This document shows positions 11,302-21,647 of a DNA stretch of 64,000 bases, one piece after another (within the stretch, counting starts at the first letter, position 1; every line of letters starts with the position of its first letter). The stretch is from the IMG/VR virus record IMGVR_UViG_2568526633_000001. One strand, written 5' to 3'. The stretch is from an uncultured virus (IMG/VR IMGVR_UViG_2568526633_000001). Its lineage: Duplodnaviria > Heunggongvirae > Uroviricota > Caudoviricetes. Position numbers and translations under genes: made by a program. Below the pieces are notes generated by a model. The model had not been told where the DNA came from. It searched no databases and saw only the letters and a list, made by a program, of their open reading frames with translations.

Positions 11302-11888
11302 ATGGTCTCAGCAGAACTTAAAATTGAAGATAAACTGTGGGCAGCTGCCGATAAATTAAGAGGAAGCATGGATGCTTCAGAATATAAAAATGTTGTTTTA
11401 GGATTAATATTTTTAAAATATGTTTCAGATAGCTTTGAAGAAAAGTATGAAGAACTAACCAAAGATGAGTATGCAGACCCTGAAGATAAAGATGAATATT
11501 TGGCTGATAATATTTTTTGGGTACCGGCTGAAGCAAGATGGGAAAAAATCAATCGTGATGCTAAAACACCAAAAATTGGTGAAACGATTGATGAAGCGAT
11601 GATTGCGATTGAAAAAGAGAATCCATCATTGAAATTAGTACTCCCAAAGAATTATTCAAGGCCCCAATTAGATAAAACTCGTCTAGGAGAAACAGTTGAT
11701 TTAATTACTAACATTAAAGTAGGAGATTCAGAAAACCGTAAAACTGACACATTAGGAAGAACATATGAATATTTTCTTGGAAAGTTTGCCGGTGCTGAAG
11801 GTAAAAGCGGTGGTGAATTTTACACTCCAAACCCAGTAGTTACTTTGTTGGTTGAAATGTTAGAACCATATTCAGGACGTATTTATGA
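11302..11888 (+). pseudogene. hsdM: Type I R-M modification subunit, 5' fragment interrupted by the prophage
   Basis: [20 protein letters not shown] and GEFYTP motifs; homology stops at RIYD just before motif I, then the frame runs into phage DNA to a stop at 11943. Confidence 0.95.
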
Positions 11889-11913
11889 TATAATCACTTT
11901 GAAATTGATACAA
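11867..11913. other. attL (hsdM/prophage junction), GA core at 11887-11888
   Basis: hsdM homology ends at GA; phage arm TGATACAA at 11906-11913 lies 17 nt from the core. Confidence 0.85.
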
Positions 11914-12020
11914 ATAAACAGGCTTGAAATGGCTTGTTATTAGGGCTTTTCACTCGTATCCGTGAGTGGGAGGCCTTTTTATTTTGCCTTTTTCTGCCTT
12001 GGGGAGTTCAACCGATTTTC

Positions 12021-12050
12021 AGGGGGTGTGAGGGGTGTGTAGGGGGTGTA
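12021..12050 (+). repeat. Three tandem G-rich 10-mers near attL
   Basis: AGGGGGTGTG AGGGGTGTGT AGGGGGTGTA. Confidence 0.75.
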
Positions 12051-12308
12051 ACGGTTGCCAAAGTTCTCGGCTCACATTCATAATGCTATGCTTAACTTTG
12101 ACACAGATACAAACAGTAACCACTAGCTTGCTACCAGCCTTTCGTTACCCAAAATCTAATCAAATTGACTACTGTGTACTATATTCCATTCCCAAAAACC
12201 TCGTGTGAAATAATTTGATGTAGAATATCGAAACGGTAACTCTTTAATTTCATTGTGGAATTTTATTGTTCGTGATATGATTATATTGTAAAAGAGAGGA
12301 GGCCAAAA

Positions 12309-12767
12309 ATGAGAACGATTGATATTCTTCTAGAAAATTTAAGAAGGTATTATGGAGTAGATTCACTTCGAAATATAGCTAAGAAGATTGAAATGTCAGG
12401 TAATGTTCTGCTGAATTGGTCTTCAGGAAGAAGCTCCCCCAAATTAGATCAACTTGATAAAATTGCGTATCTCATTAATGTAGAGGTTTCTAAGCTGTTG
12501 ATTCAGGATATCGAGATAAGTATAACTTCCCCAATTTGGAGGGATAATGTTGAAAGAAACTTTATCGAGAATCTTGGGCGTTATACTCAAGAAAAGGGTA
12601 TTCACAAATCATGGTTTGATGAAAAGCGGTGCGGAGTAAGCTATGGGGCCTTCCGTTACTATATCAATGGGAATAATAAGACTGTAAATTTAAACACGTT
12701 AGATAAACTGGCAAAAATTTTAGGCATACAAACATATCAATTATTAGAAAGTAGGAAAAACAGATGA
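12309..12767 (+). CDS. Tandem XRE-HTH regulator (controller-like)
   Basis: Two HTH-like units (WSSGRSSPKLDQLDKIA; TLDKLAKILGI); ATGA overlap with the next gene. Confidence 0.8.
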   Translation: MRTIDILLENLRRYYGVDSLRNIAKKIEMSGNVLLNWSSGRSSPKLDQLDKIAYLINVEVSKLLIQDIEISITSPIWRDNVERNFIENLGRYTQEKGIHKSWFDEKRCGVSYGAFRYYINGNNKTVNLNTLDKLAKILGIQTYQLLESRKNR

Positions 12768-15151
12768 AGAAGAAAATTGAAACACAAGGGACTCGAAACA
12801 AGGTCAATCACGCATTAGCAGATGCAAAAAACTTGGTTCCTCGGTTGGTAAAAGAAACGTACACCTTCAAGGGTCGTAAATCACCTGAGCTTCTGGAACG
12901 TGTAATATTGGCTTTGACTGGTAGTGATTCCATTATATTAGATCCATTTTTGGGTAGCGGAATGACTTTAATCGCATCGCAAAACGCTCAACGTAAGTTC
13001 TTCGGAATTGAATTAGATAACTACACATACTCCGTGGATAAGACTCTGTTTGAAAAAGTAGATTCTAAGGAATTGAAGAAGCTTTTTAAACAAATAGAAG
13101 ATTCTGTCAAAGACCGAGTGATGTCTTTATATGAGACAGAATGCGATGGTGAAACAAATTATATTAAGAAGGTATTGTTTGATCGTAAAAATGGGAAGGA
13201 TGGTTACTTTCATCCTGAGGAAAATCGAGAAATTAAAAACGGGCGCAATGTTATCTTGATGAAGAAATCTTCCAAAGGCAATAGTTCTAAGAGATTTGAT
13301 GAAGTGGATTGGAATAAACTTCAAGAAGTTGAGAAAATGGATGCTAGCGGTTTCCCTGATGATACATATTATGAAAACAGTCGTATTAATATCACAAAAT
13401 CGACTGGTGCCGATAAGTATGGAGAAATTTTCTCGCACCGAAATAAAGTTGCACTATTAATGATTCAGAGTGAAATTTCAAAATTACCAACTTCGAAAGA
13501 AAAAGAATTTTTACAACAAGTTTTAGTTGCATCACTCAGTCTTGCCCGTATTGCCATGTATGGTAGCTCTACGGATATTCTATATCATGTTGTTCATGAA
13601 AAGGCGCAAGACATGAATGTTTGGTTTTTATTTGAGTCACGTTATAAAAAGTTTGTTACGTTTCAAACGGAATACAAAAGCATTTTAACAGATCATTTCG
13701 ATAAAGGTAGCACTTATAAAGTTGTTAATGCCGACTATTATGAGTACTTGAAGAATCACGAAGGCTTGATGTTTGATGCAATCGTTACTGACTTCCCATA
13801 TACTGACCAGGTGCCGTATTTGGAAAGAAATCAAATGTTTAGAATCTGGCTGAATCATTTTGATGATGACCGTGAGCATTTTATGCTGACAGAGAAGATG
13901 TTGGAAAGTGAAATGGTGGTAACTAATGCAGTTGCTAGAAAAGAGAAAGATTTAGACCATTATTATCATGACATTGATAAGATGTTTAAGACTTTTTCTG
14001 AACACTTGAAAGTTGGATCACCAGTGGTAATTTTTACGAAATTAGGAAAGATGAAGTATTTTAACGTTTTTGCCCGTGTTGTTGATTATGCACGAAAAAA
14101 CGGTTTTGAATATACTTTCCGTGTGGGTGTAGAGAAGAGCGATCCTACATTGCGCAAACAATCTGCATATAAAAATACTCTCATCAATGAGGTAGTCATT
14201 GGTTTTGAGAAACTTCCAGAATCCAAGCGCTATTTGTACATTGGCGACGAAAACTATGAAAGCAAATTAGTTGATGATATATATCGGGCGTTGAAGAAAG
14301 TTAAGGATGCCCCTTATACCATGACTGCAGCGGTTTCTAATGCAAAAAAAGAGCTAACCCAAAAAGGTGTGCATTTTGATGATACAATTCAACATCTGAT
14401 AGTTGAAGTAATCAAGAATAATTTTTACGTAGATGGCCAGGATATTCAATTGGATAAGACGAGACTCTATTTGGACCAAGAAGATGAAGATACCTTATTC
14501 AAAAAATTATACGACTTAGTCCCTTTTTACGTTGATAAATTACTGAAACAAAAAGGGAAATTCGTTCTGGAAGACCTGTATGTTGAGTTGATAGATGAGT
14601 TATCTGATGGTAATAACCGGACTTTATATGATTTGCTAAATGATGATGATAATATTGAAGGAATCAATAGGTTGGTTAGAGACAAGACTGATAAAAGTCC
14701 TGACGGTAAATACTACGTTAAAAAGCAACTTCCAAAAGATTTTAATGCTGATGCAATTGATGTGGCGACAATGGATGCTTATGACTTCGAAGATCTTTGT
14801 AAGTCATTGTTGGAACACGAAAACTATGCTGATGTTCATCGAAAAGGCGGTAGCGGAGATATGGGTGTGGACATCGTTGCGAAATGGTTTAACGGTAATA
14901 CAAGTGAGATATGGCTTGTGCAGTGTAAGCGGTGGGTAAACAAAGTTGATGCAACCCCAATCCAACGCTTAGTTTCAGAGCGTGAACGTCTTGGTGCTAA
15001 CAAGATTGCTTGCTATACTACATCTGATTACACTAAGGATGCGAAGAAAGTGGCAAAACTCCAAAATGTAGAGCTTGTAGACGGCAAAGAGCTGTTGATT
15101 AAGTTGAATCGATATTTCCCTGGCAAATACTACAACTCCAATTTGAAATAA
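12764..15151 (+). CDS. Amino-MTase-fold protein fused to a C-terminal Mrr-type restriction nuclease
   Basis: DPFLGSG (motif I), DFPY (variant motif IV); C-terminal DFEDL...GDMGVDIVA...VQCKRW...LVDG Mrr_cat. Confidence 0.85.
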   Translation: MKKKIETQGTRNKVNHALADAKNLVPRLVKETYTFKGRKSPELLERVILALTGSDSIILDPFLGSGMTLIASQNAQRKFFGIELDNYTYSVDKTLFEKVDSKELKKLFKQIEDSVKDRVMSLYETECDGETNYIKKVLFDRKNGKDGYFHPEENREIKNGRNVILMKKSSKGNSSKRFDEVDWNKLQEVEKMDASGFPDDTYYENSRINITKSTGADKYGEIFSHRNKVALLMIQSEISKLPTSKEKEFLQQVLVASLSLARIAMYGSSTDILYHVVHEKAQDMNVWFLFESRYKKFVTFQTEYKSILTDHFDKGSTYKVVNADYYEYLKNHEGLMFDAIVTDFPYTDQVPYLERNQMFRIWLNHFDDDREHFMLTEKMLESEMVVTNAVARKEKDLDHYYHDIDKMFKTFSEHLKVGSPVVIFTKLGKMKYFNVFARVVDYARKNGFEYTFRVGVEKSDPTLRKQSAYKNTLINEVVIGFEKLPESKRYLYIGDENYESKLVDDIYRALKKVKDAPYTMTAAVSNAKKELTQKGVHFDDTIQHLIVEVIKNNFYVDGQDIQLDKTRLYLDQEDEDTLFKKLYDLVPFYVDKLLKQKGKFVLEDLYVELIDELSDGNNRTLYDLLNDDDNIEGINRLVRDKTDKSPDGKYYVKKQLPKDFNADAIDVATMDAYDFEDLCKSLLEHENYADVHRKGGSGDMGVDIVAKWFNGNTSEIWLVQCKRWVNKVDATPIQRLVSERERLGANKIACYTTSDYTKDAKKVAKLQNVELVDGKELLIKLNRYFPGKYYNSNLK

Positions 15152-15156
15152 AATAA

Positions 15157-15191
15157 AAAATGGCGCCTTCTAAGCTTGAAGGTGCCATTTT
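15157..15191. terminator. Hairpin between the convergent R-M genes (bidirectional terminator)
   Basis: AAAATGGCGCCTTC / GAAGGTGCCATTTT. Confidence 0.7.
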
Positions 15192-18064
15192 GCTGAGTCT
15201 TTTTTCCAAATGAAATGTTCTTCGAAAATTTCAACTAGGGATTTATATTTTTTAGATAGTTGCTCTAGCCAACCGTTTTCAATCAGCATTTCCATGATGC
15301 CCAAGTCATAGAGTTCCGGTGTGCTTAAATCTCCGTGTTTTTCGAGAAGTTTTTTTGCTAACATAACTACTGAATCTTTAATATCTTCAACGGAGGTGGT
15401 AGTAATCGGTTTGGGAAGCGCTTGACGAGTATTTTCAAAGAAAAGTACAGCATCACCACTTAGCGATTTTTTAGGGCTTAGGATGTTTTTAACCGTCTTA
15501 GACTTCTTAATGTGTTCTTGGGAAATGAACTTAAATCCGTTGCTTTCAAGAATCTGTAGGAGCTTTACCCATACATCAAGGTTACTATCATGAAAGAAAA
15601 GACACATAATATTGTTTTCCTTCAATTTCCTTTTACACATCTCAAATACTTCATATAAAAGGGTGAAGTACTCATCTTTACCTTTGTTTCTTTCCGGGGC
15701 GGAAGATACAATGATTTCATCATGTAAGTTAAAACCAACACCAATAAAAGGTTTGTAAAGTTGCATATATTCAGAGTAGAGCACTTGGTCCATATATGGT
15801 GGATCAGTAATTATTAAGGAAACTGAATCATCTGGGATATCATCATTTGTAATGTACTGACTTCCTTTGGTTAATACCAAAGCATCATTCGCGTTAAGTT
15901 CTGAGTAATTCGAAGCCAATTTACCCTTTGCATAGTGTTGAGTAATATATTTTTTAGCTTGTACCAAATTCTTAATACGACGCCGCAATAAATCTATGAT
16001 ATTTTTTTCTACACAATTGCTTTTCGGAATCCATAGTGGCCATTGCGAATTAGAATGAGTATCAGTGATTTTTGCAAGATGCAGCATAGACATAAGCAGA
16101 TAGTTTAATACATTTCTATCCTCGTCCCTATCAGTAGCCTGAATATATTCCACAATTTCGTTTAACACAGAGAAATTTCGTGGAGTAAAAATATCGCTAA
16201 TTCTATCGGAAGCTCCGACAGCAATTTTACTATTCTGTATCAGTTGAACATTTGGAACAAATCGATCGTTTTCAACGGTGCTGAATTTAGAATAATCATC
16301 TTCATCAGGTTCTTTAACTCTTTTTTTGCAATTCGGGCAAGTGTAAGAGATAGCTTTTATGGAAAAACTATTTGTCGTTCGTTCTGGTTTGTCAAATACA
16401 ACTTTTGAAGTAATTCCAATTCCGCCACAGTTGTCACATTTGGTTTCGTAGTAATGCGATAAATCATTTAGTTTATTCTCTAGATTTGAAAATAATTGAT
16501 TTAAATCTGAATGAGGTATATCAGTTAGAATATTACTTGTGATGAATTTTGACATCTCATTTACATCACACCCTATTCCAATTCGATTCATGTTGCCCTG
16601 CACCGCTTCTAGTACTGTTACGCCAGAACCCATAAATGGATCGAAAACTATATCGTTTTCAGATGAAAGATGGCTTATTAAAGAGTCGATTACATTAAAA
16701 GACTTTTGCGACCAATATAAATGGGTATTGTATACCGGATTCTTTGAGGTGGGGGTGAGACTCTTGATTTCATTTTTTAATTCAATCAAGTCATATTGTG
16801 ATTTATGAACCTCTTGTCCGCAAAGTATTAAGTACTCAAATACTTCTTTAGCTGAGCTATTTCTATTGTTCGCGTGCTGATAGTCTTTAAGCTCAATTTG
16901 CACTCTCTTATTGCCGAATACACGTTTCGCAATATCTACCAATTCCTCAATAGAAACAGTATATCTATCGGTCTTTTGGTTTGATTCATCTTTAGGATAA
17001 GCATAACTTAAAGCGAGCACTACGCCGTTTTCGTGACAATAATTAAACAGTTCTTCCAAACGTCCTTTTGCGGTACTTTTTTTACTCAAGTCAGATTGAT
17101 TACGACCCTCGGTGTAAAGTCCTTTAGTAAACTTACCTCTCGAGATAGTTGGCTCCGGGTAATCATATTTAGCAGCGACATTTAACAGATGGTAGTACCT
17201 AGAATACTGCATGTCAGTATATGGAGGGTCAGCATATATTAACTTGATTCGTTGTTGGTTAAACTCTGAGTTTTTGAGGAGAGCGGACATGTCTTGATTA
17301 AATACTTTGCTTTTTTCAATAGGTTCAGACTCAGGGCTTTTTTTAATGAACTCATCTAATTTAGATTCAAAGTACGCAATAACATTTCTTTTTCTTTGCT
17401 TAAGATGACGAGTGCTATTTTTTTCGATGTTCAACGGCTGTGCCATATGGCCATCTTTTGAAAAAACTGTTTCGTTCATAGCATAAAACAAGCAGCTCAG
17501 TAATACATTCTGAGTTTCGACACTGTCCACTTCATGAATCGTTTTTATAATAGAATCAATTTGAACAGACTGTTCGATCCCAAAATAACTACCCGAGTAA
17601 TAATACAAGAACAAATTGTATTGATTATCTTTACCAAGCTGTTTATAATTAATCAGTTCATCTAATCCGTTCCATATTGTTGGGAAACTCTCGTATAAAG
17701 AAATTAACCCATTTGTAGAATCGGATACAAGAAGATTTCTTTCCTTTGCAACAGCCTCTTCATGACTTGAAAGTAACATTCGGAAATTTGTTTTATATCC
17801 TTTAAAAAAAGCTTCCTTAGCATTTAGTAGTGAACTGGTTGAAGGTGTGTTTAACAAAGAAGAAGAGATGATAGATGAGTATAACTCAGCATCATTTGCA
17901 ACTACAGAGTAGCTGCCTTTAAGGTAGGCGCCAACGCTCCCTGAACCAGCAAATAAATCGCATATATTTTCTCCAGGAGAAATGTACTTGCGAATATTTT
18001 CACTGATAAAGGGCATCAATGAAGCTTTATTTCCCTGGTAATTCAGTATTTTAATTAATTCCAT
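15170..18064 (-). CDS. Double DNA adenine methyltransferase (Dam/D12-like domain plus a second amino-MTase domain)
   Basis: YQGNK, DLFAGSG and DPPY in the N-half; DPFMGSG and DPPY in the C-half; AGGAGG RBS. Confidence 0.9.
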   Translation of the reverse strand: MELIKILNYQGNKASLMPFISENIRKYISPGENICDLFAGSGSVGAYLKGSYSVVANDAELYSSIISSSLLNTPSTSSLLNAKEAFFKGYKTNFRMLLSSHEEAVAKERNLLVSDSTNGLISLYESFPTIWNGLDELINYKQLGKDNQYNLFLYYYSGSYFGIEQSVQIDSIIKTIHEVDSVETQNVLLSCLFYAMNETVFSKDGHMAQPLNIEKNSTRHLKQRKRNVIAYFESKLDEFIKKSPESEPIEKSKVFNQDMSALLKNSEFNQQRIKLIYADPPYTDMQYSRYYHLLNVAAKYDYPEPTISRGKFTKGLYTEGRNQSDLSKKSTAKGRLEELFNYCHENGVVLALSYAYPKDESNQKTDRYTVSIEELVDIAKRVFGNKRVQIELKDYQHANNRNSSAKEVFEYLILCGQEVHKSQYDLIELKNEIKSLTPTSKNPVYNTHLYWSQKSFNVIDSLISHLSSENDIVFDPFMGSGVTVLEAVQGNMNRIGIGCDVNEMSKFITSNILTDIPHSDLNQLFSNLENKLNDLSHYYETKCDNCGGIGITSKVVFDKPERTTNSFSIKAISYTCPNCKKRVKEPDEDDYSKFSTVENDRFVPNVQLIQNSKIAVGASDRISDIFTPRNFSVLNEIVEYIQATDRDEDRNVLNYLLMSMLHLAKITDTHSNSQWPLWIPKSNCVEKNIIDLLRRRIKNLVQAKKYITQHYAKGKLASNYSELNANDALVLTKGSQYITNDDIPDDSVSLIITDPPYMDQVLYSEYMQLYKPFIGVGFNLHDEIIVSSAPERNKGKDEYFTLLYEVFEMCKRKLKENNIMCLFFHDSNLDVWVKLLQILESNGFKFISQEHIKKSKTVKNILSPKKSLSGDAVLFFENTRQALPKPITTTSVEDIKDSVVMLAKKLLEKHGDLSTPELYDLGIMEMLIENGWLEQLSKKYKSLVEIFEEHFIWKKDSAKWHLQA

Positions 18065-18084
18065 AACATCCCTCCTGACCATTA

Positions 18085-18113
18085 ATTATAACAAATGGCG
18101 CCTTATTTTTCAA
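18085..18113 (-). promoter_or_regulatory. SigA promoter of the double MTase
   Basis: TTGAAA-N17-TATAAT with extended TG on the minus strand. Confidence 0.75.
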
Positions 18114-18331
18114 GTTCAAATAGATTTTTCATGAAAATATTAACGCATCGTCTTTTTGTTGCATTCCAGTTTTTCTCAAGATATAAAATAAGACATAGGC
18201 TCGCTTTCGTGGCTAGCCTATGTCCTATATTTGTACTAAAATCCGAAAGTGCAAAAGCATTTTAGAAAATTAGTTAAGAGGGCTTAGAACACTTTCAATT
18301 AAAGTGTCCAATATTTTGCAATTAGATGGTA

Positions 18332-18556
18332 CTATCCAATCCCATCATCTATCCTCACGGTTTCCAGTATATCCTCAATGTCACAATCAAGTGCATCACA
18401 GATTCTGAGTAAAACATCGGTCGTGATGTTTTTTCCTTTGCCCAGTTTTGCAATCGAGGCTGGGCTGATATTGGCATGCTTACCCAGCTCAGATTTCGTC
18501 CACCCCTTATCAATTAGGAGCTTCCACAATTTGTTGTAGCTAATTGTTCTAGCCAA
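18332..18556 (-). CDS. Cro/C1-type HTH_26 regulator
   Basis: ISYNKLWKLLIDKG...ICDALDCDIEDILE family signature. Confidence 0.85.
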   Translation of the reverse strand: MARTISYNKLWKLLIDKGWTKSELGKHANISPASIAKLGKGKNITTDVLLRICDALDCDIEDILETVRIDDGIG

Positions 18557-20203
18557 TTATTTTTCCTCGCTTTCTTCATTCCAAGCTTTACCAAACAACT
18601 CACCACCGCCAGGATATAGGCGAAGTACAGTAGATGTCTTAAGCATCGTTTGTGTTGCGGGTGTAAATGACTCCTCCTTGTCCAGAGCAATGAATACCTG
18701 TTTGGGCTGCGTTGAATAAAATCGAATAATTCTCTCAAGCGATTCATCTTGAATTTGTTTCAGCAAGATTGAATCATGGACTAAGATAGGCAATGGCGTT
18801 TCTTCAAGCATAGCCAAGTCGAAAACGATTAGTCCTTTATACTCCGACCCTGTACCACGGTCTTTCGGCGTGAAGAACTCATAGCTTTTGGCAGAAGAGA
18901 TAGTTAGGTATGGAGCAGTTTTCTTGCTCAAGTTAATATCGTCGTTGATTTGACGCATCTTAGAATCAATTTCTTGTTGCAGGGTTTCAAAGATTTTTTG
19001 GATCAAGGCATCATAAGCTGCCTTCAAGGTATTAAAGGTTTCCTGCAATTGTTTCTTAGTGACATAGTTTTTGTTTGAATCTTGTAACTGCGTGATTTCC
19101 TTTCGGACTTCGGCATATTTATCAAGGATCGCTTGAGAAACATTTGGGATATCGCTAATGTCCGAAATCTTTGCTTCAAGATCAGAAATGTTAGCCGAGA
19201 TTAGGTCGACCATTGATTGAAGGCTCTTAGAACTCTCAGTGAACTCTTTTCTCAGTACAGAGGCTAGTTGCTTATGAAACTGCTCAATCTCCGAAAGTTT
19301 TCGGAGGTTGACCTCCGGGAAAAACTGTTGGAGGTTTTCGAAGTCTTTCTCAAATTGCTGGCGTGAAGGGTTTCGTTCCGCTTCAAAGTTTTTCTTTTGT
19401 GCTAAAAGTTTTGTTCGCTGTCTGCGGGCATTGGATAGTTGACGGCGGAGATCTGCGAGTTGTTGAGCCTGTATTGAGCTCAAATCTCCAAGACCTTTCG
19501 TGCTTTCATCTGAGAGTTCTTTCAACTCTTCATCAAGCTGAGCAATTCGTTTTTGATTTTTCTTATAGGCACTATCAGTGCTTACCGAAGCAATATACTC
19601 GTACTTTTGAGCTGAGTTAAACGCGTTTTTCCTGTTTTCGGCTTCCTTAAGAATTTCCTTTTGGTCATTGACGCCATCATATTTCCCGAACAACATAAGC
19701 AAAGACTCAATACCTTGCTTATCGGGTGAGTTTTTGGCAGCTTTAAGTGGCTTGCTATGGTCGTAAGTATCACGTCCCCAAACTCGAATAAATGGGCTCA
19801 TCACTTGCCTGAACAATAGATTGTCAGAAGCAAATCTATAAGACTTTGCCAGGAAATTGCAGTAATCTTCTTTGCTCAGGTGATTAGTGATGTTGTAATT
19901 TTCGTCGCAGATATTTACAAATGCGGAATTATCAGTGGAACGAGAAAAGAAGTAGTGCTTACCATAAAAATCAAATTCAAAATTGATGGTGTGATGACCT
20001 ACGTTCTCGATCACGTCAGCCGCTTCGTCCACATAATCAGAACCTCCAAAAATAAAATCAATGACAAGAAGGAAGGTTGATTTACCGATTGAGTTAGCCC
20101 CGTCATTAGCCCCGATTACAGAGTTTAGACCCGTAGTAAACCGTATAGGTCCGCGTGGTTTGTCATTTTCAATGAATTTGTCACAGCTAAGTTCAACTAA
20201 CAT
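18557..20203 (-). CDS. SMC-like ABC ATPase (DUF2326-type; Lamassu LmuB-like)
   Basis: Walker A NSIGKST, central coiled coil, GTGS signature, Walker B LVHDS. Confidence 0.85.
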   Translation of the reverse strand: MLVELSCDKFIENDKPRGPIRFTTGLNSVIGANDGANSIGKSTFLLVIDFIFGGSDYVDEAADVIENVGHHTINFEFDFYGKHYFFSRSTDNSAFVNICDENYNITNHLSKEDYCNFLAKSYRFASDNLLFRQVMSPFIRVWGRDTYDHSKPLKAAKNSPDKQGIESLLMLFGKYDGVNDQKEILKEAENRKNAFNSAQKYEYIASVSTDSAYKKNQKRIAQLDEELKELSDESTKGLGDLSSIQAQQLADLRRQLSNARRQRTKLLAQKKNFEAERNPSRQQFEKDFENLQQFFPEVNLRKLSEIEQFHKQLASVLRKEFTESSKSLQSMVDLISANISDLEAKISDISDIPNVSQAILDKYAEVRKEITQLQDSNKNYVTKKQLQETFNTLKAAYDALIQKIFETLQQEIDSKMRQINDDINLSKKTAPYLTISSAKSYEFFTPKDRGTGSEYKGLIVFDLAMLEETPLPILVHDSILLKQIQDESLERIIRFYSTQPKQVFIALDKEESFTPATQTMLKTSTVLRLYPGGGELFGKAWNEESEEK

Positions 20204-20417
20204 ATTGAATCACCCCCTCGTCTAATAGTTCAATTGCACCAAGCGCATACAAACAGTCAAGAGCACTTGAGAATTCCGCAACTGATACAAATTTCTTATT
20301 GAGTTTTTTATAGAGAGTAGCAGGACTTTGGCTGCCTTTTTGAAGTTCATTCAAAATAACTGGTAGCTTAGCCAAGATACTCTTATTGTACGATATGACT
20401 TTATTTGGAAATTTCAT
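20193..20417 (-). CDS. ABC three-component system middle component (LmuC-like)
   Basis: 74 aa, PNK...S and ALDCLYALGAI motifs; overlaps both neighbours. Confidence 0.75.
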   Translation of the reverse strand: MKFPNKVISYNKSILAKLPVILNELQKGSQSPATLYKKLNKKFVSVAEFSSALDCLYALGAIELLDEGVIQYVS

Positions 20418-21582
20418 TGAACACCTCACAGCTCTGCACAAAGAAAGCAACGATAATCCTGCACGCCTCAATATGCTGTGCGGGTCTTTTTGTTTGCTCT
20501 AAAATCCACTGTGCGAGTTTCTCAACAATTTCTTGTTGGCTCCAATCCCCAGAATTTAACTCTTTAAACGCTTTCTTTATTTCCGATTGGATAATATCAA
20601 AGTCATCTATTTCCTCGAATAAAGCACTGATGTATTTGTAGTAGGTCAATACGCTGTTTTGAATGGAATTTTTTAATAGACAATTCTCGGGCAAGACTTT
20701 CTGATCGATCTTCAGTGCTGTCATGCTTAATATTTCGAGGGTGCCAACTGACTGTAAATTAGCCAAAGAATCGATTACTTCTTTGATTTCATCTTCTAAG
20801 TTAAGGTCTGCCAACATCTGCTGTAATGCATAGTCAGTCGCAAACTGTTTTTTTAAACTGGAAAGCACTAAGTATTCGTCAATCTCTGGACCGGCCTGAT
20901 ATGTTTCCGCATGAGTTCGGCAGAGTGCAATTTGGTTATCTGAAGAATCCAGCTTTACTGGTGGAGCTAGGGCATTTTCAAAGTCAATAGCGATATCGTC
21001 ATCGAGATTGCTAGGGAATATTTCTACTATCCCGTTTTGGCGCGTAGTTACACCCTTAACCTTCCTGGTCAGCTTTTTACGACAAATTGGGCACTCATTT
21101 CCGACCTCATCAAGAAGTGGGAAATCATCAGCGACAGGCTTTGATTCCATTAACTTGTTTGGGCGATTAATCGCGTATAGGAAAGTCATAGCTAGGAACT
21201 GCCCAATCTCGTTATTTTCAAGGATCTCAGAAAAAACTGTGTATTTTCTGGCTGGAACAGTTGCATCGGCATTAAGGCATTTCAATATTGCTTCGAAACA
21301 ATCATCTTCGGTATGTGGATTTAAATAGGGAACGATATCGGATTCAAACTTATTAATGGTATCAGCTATGACTTCAGGTCTAGTTGATGCCATTTTTAGT
21401 GCATCGTCGACATCATCTTTCCTATTTACAAGACGAGAAACTTTCTTGTCATTGACCGTTACGTTGACATCTTCCCGCTCACCTAAAAAGCCCAATATCA
21501 AAATACCAAGAGGTCCCTGGTGATATTGGGTGATTCCAGATAAAAGGATTTTAATGTACGAAGAAATATTGAATTCAGTCAA
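20401..21582 (-). CDS. ABC three-component effector (LmuA-like): N-terminal domain, degenerate HNH/Zn domain, C-terminal domain
   Basis: TTG start with AAGGGAG RBS; CPIC...NQIALCRTH; C-terminal IIVAFFVQSCEVF typical of ABC-3C CTDs. Confidence 0.78.
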   Translation of the reverse strand: MTEFNISSYIKILLSGITQYHQGPLGILILGFLGEREDVNVTVNDKKVSRLVNRKDDVDDALKMASTRPEVIADTINKFESDIVPYLNPHTEDDCFEAILKCLNADATVPARKYTVFSEILENNEIGQFLAMTFLYAINRPNKLMESKPVADDFPLLDEVGNECPICRKKLTRKVKGVTTRQNGIVEIFPSNLDDDIAIDFENALAPPVKLDSSDNQIALCRTHAETYQAGPEIDEYLVLSSLKKQFATDYALQQMLADLNLEDEIKEVIDSLANLQSVGTLEILSMTALKIDQKVLPENCLLKNSIQNSVLTYYKYISALFEEIDDFDIIQSEIKKAFKELNSGDWSQQEIVEKLAQWILEQTKRPAQHIEACRIIVAFFVQSCEVFNEISK

Positions 21583-21614
21583 AAACAACGCTCCCTTCAG
21601 CCACGAGAAAAAAT

Positions 21615-21647
21615 ACTGCAAAAACACCGCAAAATGATGGCAAAGAT
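21615..21647. promoter_or_regulatory. Three GCAAA repeats at 11-bp period (candidate operator array)
   Basis: ACTGCAAAAAC ACCGCAAAATG ATGGCAAAGAT just upstream of the leftward operon. Confidence 0.5.

Noticed and set aside
11302..11943. Complete 213-aa HsdM
   Set aside because: The last 17 residues are phage-derived; catalytic motifs lie beyond attR
12001..12050. Functional G-quadruplex near attL
   Set aside because: Four G-tracts are present but the 10-bp periodicity fits a protein-binding array equally well; no further evidence
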